DNA of 64,000 bases from Octopus bimaculoides. Lineage: Eukaryota. Below are positions 38,953-53,810 of this stretch, in pieces. Both the position numbers and the translations under genes were made by a program. Under the pieces are notes generated by a model, which was given only the letters and a program-made list of their open reading frames with translations, searched no databases and was not told where the DNA came from. Every line of letters starts with the position of its first letter. Position 1 is the first letter of the stretch. Where the stretch lies: positions 159,150,914 to 159,214,913 of the forward strand of contig NC_068983.1 in NCBI RefSeq assembly GCF_001194135.2, written 5' to 3'.

Positions 38953-39557
38953 AATATATACATATATTTATGTGAATATATATATATATATATACACAAA
39001 TATATATGTATGTATTATGTAAGTGTGTATGTATGTATATGTATGTGTGCATGTATGTATGTATACACACACACTCACGCATATGGACACATATCAGTAT
39101 ACACACGAATCTATGCTCGTATGATGTATGGTAGCAATGGTTTAGTATGACACGTCGTAAATGGCTTTACCAAAGCGAAGGGGTTAGAAACAAGGAGAGA
39201 GAGAGAGAGAGAGAGAGACTGGTAAGGAGCAACGTGATATTTGGATATTCGGAAAAAATATTAAATTCTATTAAAATCATATCTTATGATGGATATTTTG
39301 GCAAGATAGAGTAAATTGGAGAAGAAACAAACAAAATTGAATGCGACGAAGACGACGATAATGTCGAAGGTAATGATGATGATAATGAATATCATCATCA
39401 TAGTCATCATCATATTCATCATTATCATCATCATCGTCATCATGAATACACAAAAATAGAGTAAGAGAATGAGTGGGAAATTGTATAGGTGCAGTTATTT
39501 AATAAATACGAATATATATGTATGTATGTATATATATATATATATATGTATATATAT

Positions 39558-39616
<59 letters not shown>

Positions 39617-39792
39617 NNNNNNNNNNNNNNNNNNNNNNNNNNNNNNNNNNNNNNNNNNNNNNNNNNNNNNNNNNNNNNNNNNNNNNNNNNNNNNNNNNNN
39701 NNNNNNNNNNNNNNNNNNNNNNNNNNNNNNNNNNNNNNNNNNNNNNNNNNNNNNNNNNNNNNNNNNNNNATGTATATAGGTATGTGTTCGTG

Positions 39793-39844
<52 letters not shown>

Positions 39845-40410
39845 TAAAATGATTTGCAAGATGACACCATTGCTGCAACGCTGGTACCAGCAGCAGCTCC
39901 ACCACGAACAACAACAAAAACACAACATCAGTCAGAACAAGAACAACAAAACAATTACACGATGGAATACATACACTAACAAACAATTGAAATCTAATAC
40001 AATACAGTAACTTTAAACAAAAACGAAACCGAAAGTAGAAACGAAACAAAACTAAACAAATCCAACAAACAATACTAGCAAAACATAAATAATACGAATG
40101 AGATACAACACAATACAATACAATATCGTATGAAAAACGAGGATATAAATATAGCTTTGTATTGACTTCAGGATATCTAGTTTATTCCCTGTTACGTATG
40201 AAACGTGAGAAGTGCCGCGCTATCCTATACAGTTTAATTGATTCCTGTGTAAATTCCAGCACAGTTCTTCCTTGTCTTTTGGTTTCGGTTTTTTTTTTTC
40301 CTTTTTGATGACAGTGGTTATGACAACAAAGAACGGTGGACCAGTGATGGTATTTTGTGGCGATTGTAGTATCTGTACGCTTTAGCTGTTTTTGGAACAT
40401 GCTTATATAA

Positions 40411-40443
<33 letters not shown>

Positions 40444-41238
40444 NNNNNNNNNNNNNNNNNNNNNNNNNNNNNNNNNNNNNNNNNNNNNNNNNNNNNNNNN
40501 NNNNNNNNNNNNNNNNNNNNNNNNNNNNNNNNNNNNNNNNNNNNNNNNNNNNNNNNNNNNNNNNNNNNNNNNNNNNNNNNNNNNNNNNNNNNNNNNNNNN
40601 NNNNNNNNNNNNNNNNNNNNNNNNNNNNNNNNNNNNNNNNNNNNNNNNNNNNNNNNNNNNNNNNNNNNNNNNNNNNNNNNNNNNNNNNNNNNNNNNNNNN
40701 NNNNNNNNNNNNNNNNNNNNNNNNNNNNNNNNNNNNNNNNNNNNNNNNNNNNNNNNNNNNNNNNNNNNNNNNNNNNNNNNNNNNNNNNNNNNNNNNNNNN
40801 NNNNNNNNNNNNNNNNNNNNNNNNNNNNNNNNNNNNNNNNNNNNNNNNNNNNNNNNNNNNNNNNNNNNNNNNNNNNNNNNNNNNNNNNNNNNNNNNNNNN
40901 NNNNNNNNNNNNNNNNNNNNNNNNNNNNNNNNNNNNNNNNNNNNNNNNNNNNNNNNNNNNNNNNNNNNNNNNNNNNNNNNNNNNNNNNNNNNNNNNNNNN
41001 NNNNNNNNNNNNNNNNNNNNNNNNNNNNNNNNNNNNNNNNNNNNNNNNNNNNNNNNNNNNNNNNNNNNNNNNNNNNNNNNNNNNNNNNNNNNNNNNNNNN
41101 NNNNNNNNNNNNNNNNNNNNNNNNNNNNNNNNNNNNNNNNNNNNNNNNNNNNNNNNNNNNNNNNNNNNNNNNNNNNNNNNNNNNNNNNNNNNNNNNNNNN
41201 NNNNNNNNNNNNNNNNNNNNNNNNNNNNNNNNNNNNNN

Positions 41239-41284
<46 letters not shown>

Positions 41285-41864
41285 TTTATATTTTGGGGCT
41301 TTATGCCTTTTCCTCATTGAGTTTCGGCGTTATTGCAGTATATAATGTTGTCGTCATTATTAGTATTATTGTTGTTGATGTAGTATTATTTTGATTTCTA
41401 CTTATGCTGCAGAATACGCCAATGCGCACTTTACTGCTGTCGATAATACCAACAACATCGTCAACAACAGCAGCAGAAACAGCAACAACAACAACAACAA
41501 CAATAATAATAATTTTAATAATAGTAATAAAAATATATGAAATCGTTCCTCGAGCTCGTTTCGTTGTTTACACTTTTGCTTTCTCTGTTTTGCACAGCTT
41601 CGTATTTTTCTTATAATTCTCCTCCCACAACCCCACACCCATTCATTCACTTTTCCCCTCTCTCCCACCTTCTTCGTTTGCTCCAGCTGGTTTTGTATTT
41701 CATCCCTATTCTAATTTAGTTCTTTTTTTGTTTCATTGACTTCTTTTTTCTTCATCAACAGCTTACTTTTTCTTCATCAACAGCTTACTTTTTCTAGCAG
41801 CCTTCCTGTCTTTTTTTGAAATAACCATTACAATAGTAACTAATAATTATAATAATTATAATAA

Positions 41865-42047
41865 TTTCTATTATAGGCACAAGGCCTGAAATTTGGGGGT
41901 GGGGTTTAGCCGATTATATCGATCCCAGTGTTTCACTGGTACTCAATTTATCAACGCCGGTAGGACAAAAGTCAAAATCGACCTCGGCGAAATTTGAACT
42001 CAGGACTTAGAAACGGTCGATATACAGCTAAGTACTTCGACTCTGCC
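41865..42047 (-). mobile_element. tRNA-derived SINE, family A
   Basis: Same core (tcgacctcggcg.aatttgaactcag) as the other family A copies. Confidence 0.7.
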
Positions 42048-42816
42048 AATGATGATGAAGTGATAGTTATAGTGATGAAGATGATATAAAATATTAATCT
42101 TGATTTAATAAATAATCATTTGACGGACATAACCTAAATGTGTTGCACGCTCTCTGAGCCTTGATCCTTCTAGAATCAGTACATCGTTGACGTACTCTTC
42201 ACTAACCACCTGTCCTTTAAGGACGCCTGAGAATCAACACAATCAAAAATCCCACTTCTTTACTTTTTGCTCCTTTTGGTTTAGCCTTAAATCATATAGA
42301 CTTGTTCCGAACAAGCGTAAAAATCAAGCAATTTGGCATTCCTGTAGGGCACTATATCTTTTGATGTGTAACTGCTAGTAACTCCCTCGCTGTTTGTCTA
42401 TGCTAAGGCATATTGGGGATCTTCCTTCCTTTCTTACTGCTTATAACATTGTTCTACTATCATCTAGTTTCCATTTCTCCTCTATGACTGCAAAATGTTG
42501 AGATGTTACTGATCATAGCTTTTGGTTGAACCCCTGCTGGAAAAGGACTATTTGTACCGTAGCTAATTGTCTCCTGGTGCGAGTGGCATTTTAAGCGAGA
42601 TAAATTTGATTCAGTGTCTCCAAACCTCTTCATAATGTTAGGAAATTCCAGGACTCGGGAAAGCTTTGTACTCCGGAGTGCTGATCGGTCTTTAGAGACC
42701 CATGTAGGCCTCACCCAAACATCAGTTGTTACAGGTCATCTCCACTCTGTAGCATGATCTTCAGCGCCAATGTACAGTAACACCAGCTTGTGTGCAGATA
42801 TTCCTGCAAAAGAATA

Positions 42817-42895
<79 letters not shown>

Positions 42896-43183
42896 CATAT
42901 TTATACATATATGTATATGTACACGTACACACACACACACATACACACACATATATATATATATCTATATATATAGCACAGGTACTGTTCCATATAAATA
43001 TGCCTTATACCATACTGCAGCTCCACTAAAATCCTTTTCTAAGTGCTGTACTGTTTGTATAAATGTGCCCTGCTGACAAATAGAAGACCCCTTTATTATT
43101 ATGACTACTGTCATTATTTTATTATGGTTATCATTATCATCATCATCATCATCATCGTGTTTTGTTATTATTATTATTATTAT

Positions 43184-43215
<32 letters not shown>

Positions 43216-43292
43216 TTATTTGGCGTATTCTGTGATTGTTTTGTATTCAAATCTTTCTTTGTATGTCTATTTATATATTCTCTCTCTTCCTC

Positions 43293-43339
<47 letters not shown>

Positions 43340-43346
43340 TTCTCTC

Positions 43347-43387
<41 letters not shown>

Positions 43388-43388
43388 G

Positions 43389-43449
<61 letters not shown>

Positions 43450-44333
43450 NNNNNNNNNNNNNNNNNNNNNNNNNNNNNNNNNNNNNNNNNNNNNNNNNNN
43501 NNNNNNNNNNNNNNNNNNNNNNNNNNNNNNNNNNNNNNNNNNNNNNNNNNNNNNNNNNNNNNNNNNNNNNNNNNNNNNNNNNNNNNNNNNNNNNNNNNNN
43601 NNNNNNNNNNNNNNNNNNNNNNNNNNNNNNNNNNNNNNNNNNNNNNNNNNNNNNNNNNNNNNNNNNNNNNNNNNNNNNNNNNNNNNNNNNNNNNNNNNNN
43701 NNNNNNNNNNNNNNNNNNNNNNNNNNNNNNNNNNNNNNNNNNNNNNNNNNNNNNNNNNNNNNNNNNNNNNNNNNNNNNNNNNNNNNNNNNNNNNNNNNNN
43801 NNNNNNNNNNNNNNNNNNNNNNNNNNNNNNNNNNNNNNNNNNNNNNNNNNNNNNNNNNNNNNNNNNNNNNNNNNNNNNNNNNNNNNNNNNNNNNNNNNNN
43901 NNNNNNNNNNNNNNNNNNNNNNNNNNNNNNNNNNNNNNNNNNNNNNNNNNNNNNNNNNNNNNNNNNNNNNNNNNNNNNNNNNNNNNNNNNNNNNNNNNNN
44001 NNNNNNNNNNNNNNNNNNNNNNNNNNNNNNNNNNNNNNNNNNNNNNNNNNNNNNNNNNNNNNNNNNNNNNNNNNNNNNNNNNNNNNNNNNNNNNNNNNNN
44101 NNNNNNNNNNNNNNNNNNNNNNNNNNNNNNNNNNNNNNNNNNNNNNNNNNNNNNNNNNNNNNNNNNNNNNNNNNNNNNNNNNNNNNNNNNNNNNNNNNNN
44201 NNNNNNNNNNNNNNNNNNNNNNNNNNNNNNNNNNNNNNNNNNNNNNNNNNNNNNNNNNNNNNNNNNNNNNNNNNNNNNNNNNNNNNNNNNNNNNNNNNNN
44301 NNNNNNNNNNNNNNNNNNNNNNNNNNNNNNNNN
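43450..44333. other. Assembly gap (one of about 12 N runs, mostly flanked by microsatellites)
   Basis: Other large gaps are at about 4198-4919, 26115-26540, 29845-30641, 38529-38905, 40444-41238, 49595-50339 and 61114-61784. Confidence 0.95.
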
Positions 44334-44367
<34 letters not shown>

Positions 44368-44521
44368 CATATGCACATTTATATACATACATATATAAAT
44401 GTATATACACACACATATATATATATTTGTATGTATGTATATCTTTACCTTTTTCTTTTTTCTCTCTGTATACGGATATACGTGTGTATGCTTGTGGTGT
44501 GTGTACGCATGTGTTTTTATA

Positions 44522-44562
<41 letters not shown>

Positions 44563-44806
44563 ATTTATGCACTTATTTAAGTATGATAAGATGTATCTGC
44601 GGACTTCACAGTGATGCATGTATGGTGTATTCGAGATGTTTGAATTTCAGTTGCAATTTTCGCATAAACCTTGTTGCAACTTATTTATTCGAGTGTGAAT
44701 ATTTTGTTCAGCGTATTCAAGACGATCGTCTCCATTCGAGATGAATAGAATTGTGTTCACATTAAGCAGATGTCTATACACTGCTTGCTATACACTGCTT
44801 GCTTTG

Positions 44807-44841
<35 letters not shown>

Positions 44842-45249
44842 AGGGTGGGTAGGTAGGTAGGGAGATAGATGGAGAGAGAGAGATAGGTAGGTAGGAGGGT
44901 AGATAGGTAGATAGACACACAGACAAATAGATAGATAGATAGATAGATTGATAGACACACGCATATATATATAGATAGATGGATGGATAATTATTATTTT
45001 CAGGACCCAATAGAATTGAGGTATTTCAATAACAAAAGCACCGAGGTAGAGTCAAGAATCACATACCTGTGTATTAACAGTGTGTACGGACACTCATGTA
45101 CTTACTAAACTATATACGCATTTGTCCTTCCATTTACGCATACGTCCACTAGTATAGACAATCACACCAGAGTATAATCATGAATGCATTCCACGCTCCA
45201 CTATAGGCAGAGAGGCGTCCGAATTTGGCGCTGTATATATAAATGATCC

Positions 45250-45465
45250 TTTCTATTATAAGCACGAGGCTTGAAATTTTTTTGTGGGGAGGGTGCAAAT
45301 CGATTATATCCACACCAGTGTTTCACTGATACTTAATTTAACGACCCCGAAAGGATGAAAGGCAAAGTCGACCTCGGCGGAATTTGAACCCAGAATGTAA
45401 AGACAGATGAAATACAGCTAAGCATATCGCCCGGCGTGCAAACGAGTCTGCCAGCTCGCCGCCTA
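45250..45465 (-). mobile_element. tRNA-derived SINE, family A
   Basis: Near-complete copy ending ctgccagctcgccgcct. Confidence 0.75.
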
Positions 45466-45752
45466 TCAGTATATACAAATGATAACACAAATGGAAACCT
45501 CACGTATATATTTCAAAAGGAATATTGCAATCGCTTCTTCATTTTGCTTTTTGTTTTACTTTCAACAGCAAAGACACACTATCACAGCTCCTATCTAGGA
45601 ACCTTATTGCTTCGCTCACAACATTACCCTATCAGCGTGCAACTTGAACCTCTCTGACGATTCATATGTTGAACTACTCTGACTGCTGTTAAAAAAGGAC
45701 AACGCAGTACGACTTTCTAAAAGGCTATCATATGCTTATATGTATTGTTCTT

Positions 45753-45793
<41 letters not shown>

Positions 45794-46487
45794 CGAGAGA
45801 AAGAGAGAGAGGGAGAGTGGGGTACTATATCTTAGTATTGGTACGTTGTCTACAATATCAAAGATTGTAGGTGGATTTAACGTTAAAGTTTCTAAACGCT
45901 GTATGCTGCAACACTTTGGTTTGTGTGTTTGGATATAAATATATATGTGTATGTGTGTTTGTGCTTATGTGTATAGATACACATATATATGTGCATATGT
46001 ACCTCTTTGCATGTATATATATATATATAAATAAACAGATAGATAGATAGATAGAGTATAAATAGACATGTTTTGTATGTATGTATGTGTGTATGTATGT
46101 TGGTCAGACATCGATTATGTCTGGAATCCTACTAAAACAATGACCACCCAACTAGAAGTAATTTATTGGCAGAATGTTATCTCTGAATATAAGAAATATG
46201 TCGCCCATTTCAACATTTAAACGGATCAAATAAAGTAAATCTTCCGAACCAATAAAAACCATGGGTTCGGTACACAAGTACACTCTTCCTAACTTTAATC
46301 GGATGAGCGATAATTCTCTTCGGGATAAATGAAGTCCATTGGAGAGAGGAGCTACTGATTGAGTTGTAAGTAGTTGTGGAGAATTGTGTTTTACTGGTGA
46401 TGGTGTTGTTATTGTTTTTGTTGTTGTTCCTATTATCATCATCATCGTCATCATCATCATCATCATCATCAATGTATAGGCGGCGAG

Positions 46488-46682
46488 CTGGCATGTCAGG
46501 AAAAATGCTTAGCGGCACTTCGTCCGGCTTTCTATTCTGATTTCAACTTCTGCCGAGGTCGAGTTTGCTTTTCATCCTTTCGGGGTCGATAAATTAAGTA
46601 CCAGTGAAACACTGCGTCGATGTAATCGACTAGACCCCCCCACTCCCAAATTCCAGACCCTGTGCCTTTGGTAGAAAGGATT
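46488..46682 (+). mobile_element. tRNA-derived SINE, family A
   Basis: aggcggcgagctggca..tgccgaggtcgagtttgcttttcatcctttcggggtcgat..gtagaaaggattattatt. Confidence 0.75.
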
Positions 46683-46734
46683 ATTATTATTATTATTATT
46701 ATTATCATTATTATTATTATTATTATTATTTTAT

Positions 46735-47330
46735 TGCCTTTGCATAGCTTCTAATGCTGGACATGTACTACGGTGTCAGCTGTTCACAGCCAGTGAACTA
46801 AGGTTACACCTCTTATTTTTAGAGCACTATCCGAAGTATTTGAGAGGTTCCAAGCAGTGCTGTTTTCTGCAAGTGCTCCACCCTTATTACAGCCCCTATT
46901 TGTGCCATGTACTTATCATGATTTTTATTCACTTTTCCCAGGTCTCTGACAATTGTTGGTACTACCACCTTTTTTATTGACCACAACTGCTTAACCTCCC
47001 ATAGTAACCTGTTAGATCTATCGACTTTTCTGTCCTCCTTATTGCATATCTTGTTCTCAGCTGGGCATGCTATATCTATGATCCAGCGTCGTTTGCTTTC
47101 TTTCTCAATTAACACTGTCTGGTTTCTTATTCTCTATCTCATGGTAGCAATGAATCATAAGATCTCATAGGATCTTTGCATTATCATTTTCGATGATGCC
47201 TTTGGGTTTATCTACGTACGACTTCTTTGCTCTGTCAAGTCCATACTTGTCGCAAAGTATCTAGCAGAGAATCCTTGATATATTGTCATGATGTCTTTTA
47301 TGTTCTTCCTGGGCTAGTGGCGTACATTGA
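46735..47330 (-). mobile_element. R4/Dong-type LINE 3' part with RLE domain
   Basis: Minus ORF reads WIIDIACPAENKICNKEDRK..EVKQLW..HLQKTALLGTSQILRIVL, then a 3' UTR ending in (AAT)n at about 46680-46735. Confidence 0.8.
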
Positions 47331-49342
47331 CTGTTATGATCTAACACCTGACCAATTAGGTTAAACCCTGACCAATTAGGCTAAACGGGCCCCTGATGAT
47401 TACTTTGTCAAATTTTGCAACACCTAGAAAATAGATCATTGAGGAAGTATATCTTCTAGATTCGAGATATTCTTCGGTGCAATCTTCGATAATTATATAC
47501 GAAAGTTTTGATTGTCACTCTTGTCAGTTTGGCCAGACATGACACAGACGATTGTGTCCAAGCCAGTGTCATGTACCGTGTTTGCTCCGTGTTTTCACGT
47601 TGGAGTATCGACAAATTACGTAGTAGAATCACCTGTCAACATGATCGTGGCTGTGTTTGTACACAGCAAAGATTAAGTGACCGCAAAAATGATGGGGTCA
47701 GTCGTCTCCTGGACAATTTGCATAGTCTTCTGCACTTTGAGATCGTATCTTTTGCAATCATATATTATCATTTTAGTAATTCTTTTATGGCCAGATGCAG
47801 GTCTTGTGCAGTTACATGAAACCTTGAAGCCTGTTTTTTTTTCTTTATTCTAAACGCTGAGTGTTTGACCCTTATTGGCCTTGCTTATGAACAACATATG
47901 ATATGCTGATCCCTGTAGATTATTAACAATTTTGTGGTCTCTCTCCAAGTCATTTTTTATTCATTCAATTTTGGAATTCAATCTTGATCTTTGTTTTTTG
48001 CTTTTATTTTCCTTTATAATATTTTCTATGTTTTTATCCTTATCTAAATTCTTGTTTTTTTTTGTCAATATAGCAAGTCTCTTGTTTCTACTTTATTATC
48101 TACGTCGACACAACCACCAGCAATACACCACCACCATCACCACTACTACCACCACCACTACTACCACTACTACCACCAACAACAATATCAACAACCCCAC
48201 CATCATCAAGATCCTCACCGACGTCATTTTTATTATTAGTTCATTCCTCTTCCCATTGTTGTTCATTATCCCCGTTGGCAGAGTTCCGGGTTCAGTACTA
48301 CTGCATGACAATTTCTATAACCCCGGGCCGACCAAAGTCTTGTGGGTGGATTTCGTGGAAGGTAACTGAAAGAAGCCCGTATGTGTGTGTGCATTTGTGC
48401 GTGTGTATGTGTGTCTGCATGTGTTTGTATGTGTGTCTGCATGTGTGTGTATGTGTGTGTGTGGGCACACCTGTGCGTGTGTGTATGTGTGCGTGTGCGC
48501 GTGCGTTAGTTTGTATGTCTTTGTGCCTGTGCCTGTCCCCCGCTTGACAACCGATGTTGGTATGGTTCCCTGTCCCCGTATCCTAGCTGCTCATCAAAAG
48601 CCGACGACAGAATAACTGCCAGGCTTTAAAGTCCTACAGTCAGTTAATTCGACTAAAAATTCAAGGTGGTGCCCCAGCACGGCCACAGTGTAATGACTGA
48701 GTCGAGTAAAAGATAGAAGATATTTCATTACAGCTGCTACTTTTGCTGCTGCTGTTGTTGATGATAATGTCGTATCTGCCGATATATTAATAATAATTAA
48801 TATCAAAAAAGCAATAACAAGCAAACGATATCTATTACCATTATTGGCGTTATTTTTAAAGACATTATTATTTGGCTTCTATTATACGAATTATTACTGT
48901 AAAATCAACAATAATTAAAAATAATTGTAATTTATTTTGCCGTACGTTAGTTGTTAAATGTGTCATTTTTATTATAGCTTAGTTATTAATATCCTAATTA
49001 TTATTAGCAATATTGTTGCTGATACTGTTCCCGTTGTTGTTAGTATCATTACTGATATTAAAATTCTATTTTAATTAACACACTTTTTCTCTAAAAAAAA
49101 ATTTCAGAATTTAAAAAAAGCGCATTGCTAAATGAAAGCAAAATGTCGATGCCAACATGTTAATGGTTTATGCGTGGGTTTTCTCTGTTATATCTATTGA
49201 TAGACGTAATAGGTCTAGGCGTGGCTATGTGGTTAAGAATCTCACCTTGCAATGAGGTGGTTTCGGATTTTTGATTCAGTCCTGCTACGAGGCACCTGGG
49301 GCAAATGTCTTCTGTATTATAGCCTCAGGCTATAATATCTAC

Positions 49343-49376
<34 letters not shown>

Positions 49377-49520
49377 TAGTCTATATTTATACACAAAGAG
49401 GTAAGCCTTAATAGGTTGCCTAACATACAAGAAAGAACAGTCAAAAAGTCCAAACCACAATTAAGAGCAATTTTGAAGGGAATGAAAAATAAAAACGTTT
49501 ACCATGTATTATGCTCTTTA

Positions 49521-49594
49521 GGGAAAGAGTGACGCAGCGGTGCGCTGCGGTTTCCATAGCGGCCACCCCAGGGCACCGTGGCGACTCTCTTCCC
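49521..49594. other. 74-bp GC-rich imperfect palindrome (possible mini PIF/Harbinger-type MITE)
   Basis: GGGAAAGAGTGACGCAGCGGTGC ... GCACCGTGGCGACTCTCTTCCC, preceded by TTA. The right flank is in an N gap. Confidence 0.4.
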
Positions 49595-50548
49595 NNNNNN
49601 NNNNNNNNNNNNNNNNNNNNNNNNNNNNNNNNNNNNNNNNNNNNNNNNNNNNNNNNNNNNNNNNNNNNNNNNNNNNNNNNNNNNNNNNNNNNNNNNNNNN
49701 NNNNNNNNNNNNNNNNNNNNNNNNNNNNNNNNNNNNNNNNNNNNNNNNNNNNNNNNNNNNNNNNNNNNNNNNNNNNNNNNNNNNNNNNNNNNNNNNNNNN
49801 NNNNNNNNNNNNNNNNNNNNNNNNNNNNNNNNNNNNNNNNNNNNNNNNNNNNNNNNNNNNNNNNNNNNNNNNNNNNNNNNNNNNNNNNNNNNNNNNNNNN
49901 NNNNNNNNNNNNNNNNNNNNNNNNNNNNNNNNNNNNNNNNNNNNNNNNNNNNNNNNNNNNNNNNNNNNNNNNNNNNNNNNNNNNNNNNNNNNNNNNNNNN
50001 NNNNNNNNNNNNNNNNNNNNNNNNNNNNNNNNNNNNNNNNNNNNNNNNNNNNNNNNNNNNNNNNNNNNNNNNNNNNNNNNNNNNNNNNNNNNNNNNNNNN
50101 NNNNNNNNNNNNNNNNNNNNNNNNNNNNNNNNNNNNNNNNNNNNNNNNNNNNNNNNNNNNNNNNNNNNNNNNNNNNNNNNNNNNNNNNNNNNNNNNNNNN
50201 NNNNNNNNNNNNNNNNNNNNNNNNNNNNNNNNNNNNNNNNNNNNNNNNNNNNNNNNNNNNNNNNNNNNNNNNNNNNNNNNNNNNNNNNNNNNNNNNNNNN
50301 NNNNNNNNNNNNNNNNNNNNNNNNNNNNNNNNNNNNNNNAACATTTATACTTATGTGTATGCGCATATATATATATATATACAAACAGACTTACATTTAC
50401 TCCAATAAGTTCATATATGCATATTTATATACACACCCACGTCAAAACTCACACTCACATATACATACGAACACACACACATATACATATATATACACAT
50501 ATAGATATATATATATCCATATAACAATACATACACATACTCATATAC

Positions 50549-50595
<47 letters not shown>

Positions 50596-50728
50596 TATTT
50601 TTTTTTTTAACATCGACGATTCCTATGGATCGCATAATTTGTAATTCNNNNNNNNNNNNNNNNNNNNNNNNNNNNNNNNNNNNNNNNNNNNNNNNNNNNN
50701 NNNNNNNNNNNNNNNNNNNNNNNNNNNN

Positions 50729-50767
<39 letters not shown>

Positions 50768-53700
50768 ACAATATATGAGTATATGCATATATATGTACAT
50801 GTATGTATATAGGTTCATCCACATGTACATATAGATACATAACTGGGTACATGACGTGGCAAAAGAACAAGGACAAAAATGGTAAACAAGGTGCAACAAA
50901 CAAGCAGGCCACATAGAAACATCACCTTCATCAGCTGCCCCCATTAAAACTCCGGTGTTTCGAAGAATTAAGGCAGTACGCATCGTTAAAATGGTTCTTC
51001 CCACGAACACAAATTAAATTGTTTTCGTGATATATATATATATATAATTTAAAGAAGAGTAAAACAAAATCAAAGCAGGACAAGTCTAGCAGTTCATTTA
51101 AATTAGTTTAATACTGAAGTTGAAAACTAATTTAACTGAACTGATAAGCTTATCCTGCCTGGATTTTGTTTTCCACTTCTTTGAATAATACCTAATGGCT
51201 CGAAAGTAGGCTGCGGGTCACCGATTCTCTCCTTACAGGGCAATTACTACCGCATCTCCGTCCCCAGTTGTGAACTTGGATCCTTGTAGCTAATCAATTG
51301 TAACACTCATTCAGAATTCCTATTAGTTTAGGTCTGTGTTCCGCAACCGTTTTGCACTTGCGGTACACTTATATTCTTTTCAAATATCGGCGGCACACCT
51401 GACCTAAAAATATAACTAAAAGTATAGAATTAAAAAATTATATTCAAGTTACCCGGCGGCGCACCTAGTATTGTGTTTGTGTGTCACCACCGTATTACAA
51501 CTGGTGTTAGTTTCCTTACGTCTCTGCAACTTAGCAGTCGGACAAAAGAAACATATATATGATAATAAACAGTCTTACAAATATAACTTGTGTCGATTCA
51601 TTGGACCAAACATTTCAAGACGCTGCTCTACTCCAGCATGGCTGCAGTCCAATGACAGGAAACAAGACAAAGATAAAAAAATCCAACGGTGTTAAGTGAA
51701 AAAAGTTAGCTTCCCATGGTTCAAGTTATGTAATTGAAGTAATATCGGCAATATCGGTGCCAAACTGATATATGAATACAATGTAATATTCGTGTGAAAT
51801 TCCTCTGTAGAATTGATTGTATGTATATGTTTGACAAGAAAATTATTAGTATAAACAGTAGGTGTTTCTCACTTTTGCCGTGATATTCAGGATAATCCAC
51901 AATGATATTACATAATATATTGCCTAAGATATCACCTTAATATATTACCTTAACATATTATCTTTCTACATCAGGTGTCCGTGCTTGATATGATAAACTT
52001 CAGCCCGACTGACAACAGTTAACAACCGCGGAAAGGAGCATCTATGGGGTCATACGTTGTGCTAGAAATGACAACCAAACTTTCCATTAATCACACGCGA
52101 TCGTCTTTGGGAAATGAAGTTTATCGATATCAATGCTTGATGAGACAAACTTACACCTGACGCTGAATAGCCTCAATGCGGTAGTATGGCTTGCTAGAAA
52201 TAGCAGTCAATTCTTCTTTAAATCGTACCTGATAATCTATACATAACGAAAGTCTCTCTCTCTCTTCTTGTCCCAATTTTAACCCTTCCCCACTTCAAGA
52301 AGGCTTCCTCTTACTGTTTCACGTGCATACTGTCAGCCCCTTTTTATTCAGCTCCTGGTTTGGTTGCTAACTGTTTCCTGAAAGTCAAAATATGTTGAAG
52401 AAATCTGTCATGGTATCGTTTGAAGGTGATGGGTTCTTTTTCTTCTTACAGGCAGTGCTTCACATTTATCAATGATTCATTTGTAATCTAGATTGAGAAG
52501 TTCAAGTCAGTTGCTTCAAGCCAAAGAGCTGATCTGTAATTAAAATAAAAGAAACATTGGGTGTAGTTAATTATAACGAAAATTGTACATTTTAGAAACT
52601 TTGAGATGTACAAGCATATAGGAAGGAAGGAAGGAAGGAAAGTCAATATAAGTGAGGGGTAAATTACTCCCTGGAAAGGAAACTAGTACATCAGATGGTT
52701 TAGCAAAGATCATTTAAGGACCAGGCATAGTCTTTTACCCGGTTTAAACCATTCGTTAAGTGATAGGTGTCTTCACGAGTATCCACTCTGATAGAAGAAT
52801 TCGGGCTGGGCTTCGGTCCCAGGACAACTCATTTCCCTTCCACTTGTATTTGTGTTCAAAGCTCTAAAACTAATCTGATGCTTAATGTGCTAGAATTAGC
52901 AGCGAAATATCACCTCAAATGATATCCTTCTATTTTTAAAATGAAGGTTGGATGACATTGGATAAGGCATTCCCGTATATATTTGAAAAATACAGGATGA
53001 TCACGACAGAAATAACTTTGATCACACATCCTATTGATCAGGGTTAATCTGACTCTAAACAATGTGTGAGCCATTATTGCATGTACCTATAGCATCGAAT
53101 GATGTGTAATTGGCCACTTCAAAAGCTTCGCTGTTGCCTTATGCTATAAATTTAAATTAGATCCAGAGAACAAGCTTTGATTCCGCTAATGATATTTATG
53201 TGTGTTGGACACGAATACAATACAATGTGAGTGATATATTTGACCTCTTAGGTTATTGTCCGCTCCTCTTTCTCAGGAAATTATACGTTATTATAAAGGA
53301 TTTCCACAACCTTCGAAACTATAATGAAACGAATGTCTCCAGTACATGGCAAGGCCTTTCAATAGTCATTAACAAAAATTAACATATTCAAGTTTAATTT
53401 TAAACAACGACTTTATCAACGCACACGTGGCTGTGCTGTTAAGACGGTCGCTTTTGAATTAGATAGTTTCGGGTTCGGAACTACTAGAGGTCCTTCAGGA
53501 TGAATTTGGTAATTTAGTAGATGAATGTGTGTACGTGTGTGTTTGTGTCTGTCCGTCTGTCTGTATCTGTGTTTGTTCCCCACCACGGCTTAACTGTTAC
53601 TGGTATGTTTAGGTCCCCGTAACTTAGCTATTCAACAAAAGAGACCTATAGAATAAGTACCATCTTAAAACATAAGTACCGGTGTCTATTCGTCCGACTA

Positions 53701-53810
53701 AAATTCTTCAAAGGTGATGCCCCAGTATGGCCGCAATTAAATGAATGAAGCGCGTGAAATGATAAAAGGTTTCCGAAATCTACGTTTCTGTTTCAATGTT
53801 AAATTGTCCA

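Noticed and set aside
52315-52533. Minus-strand segment with a good acceptor (gtttcttttattttaattacag|) and a donor-like aaca|gtaaga
   Set aside because: All three frames contain stops and there is no cholinesterase similarity. It could be a non-coding exon, but nothing in the sequence supports that.
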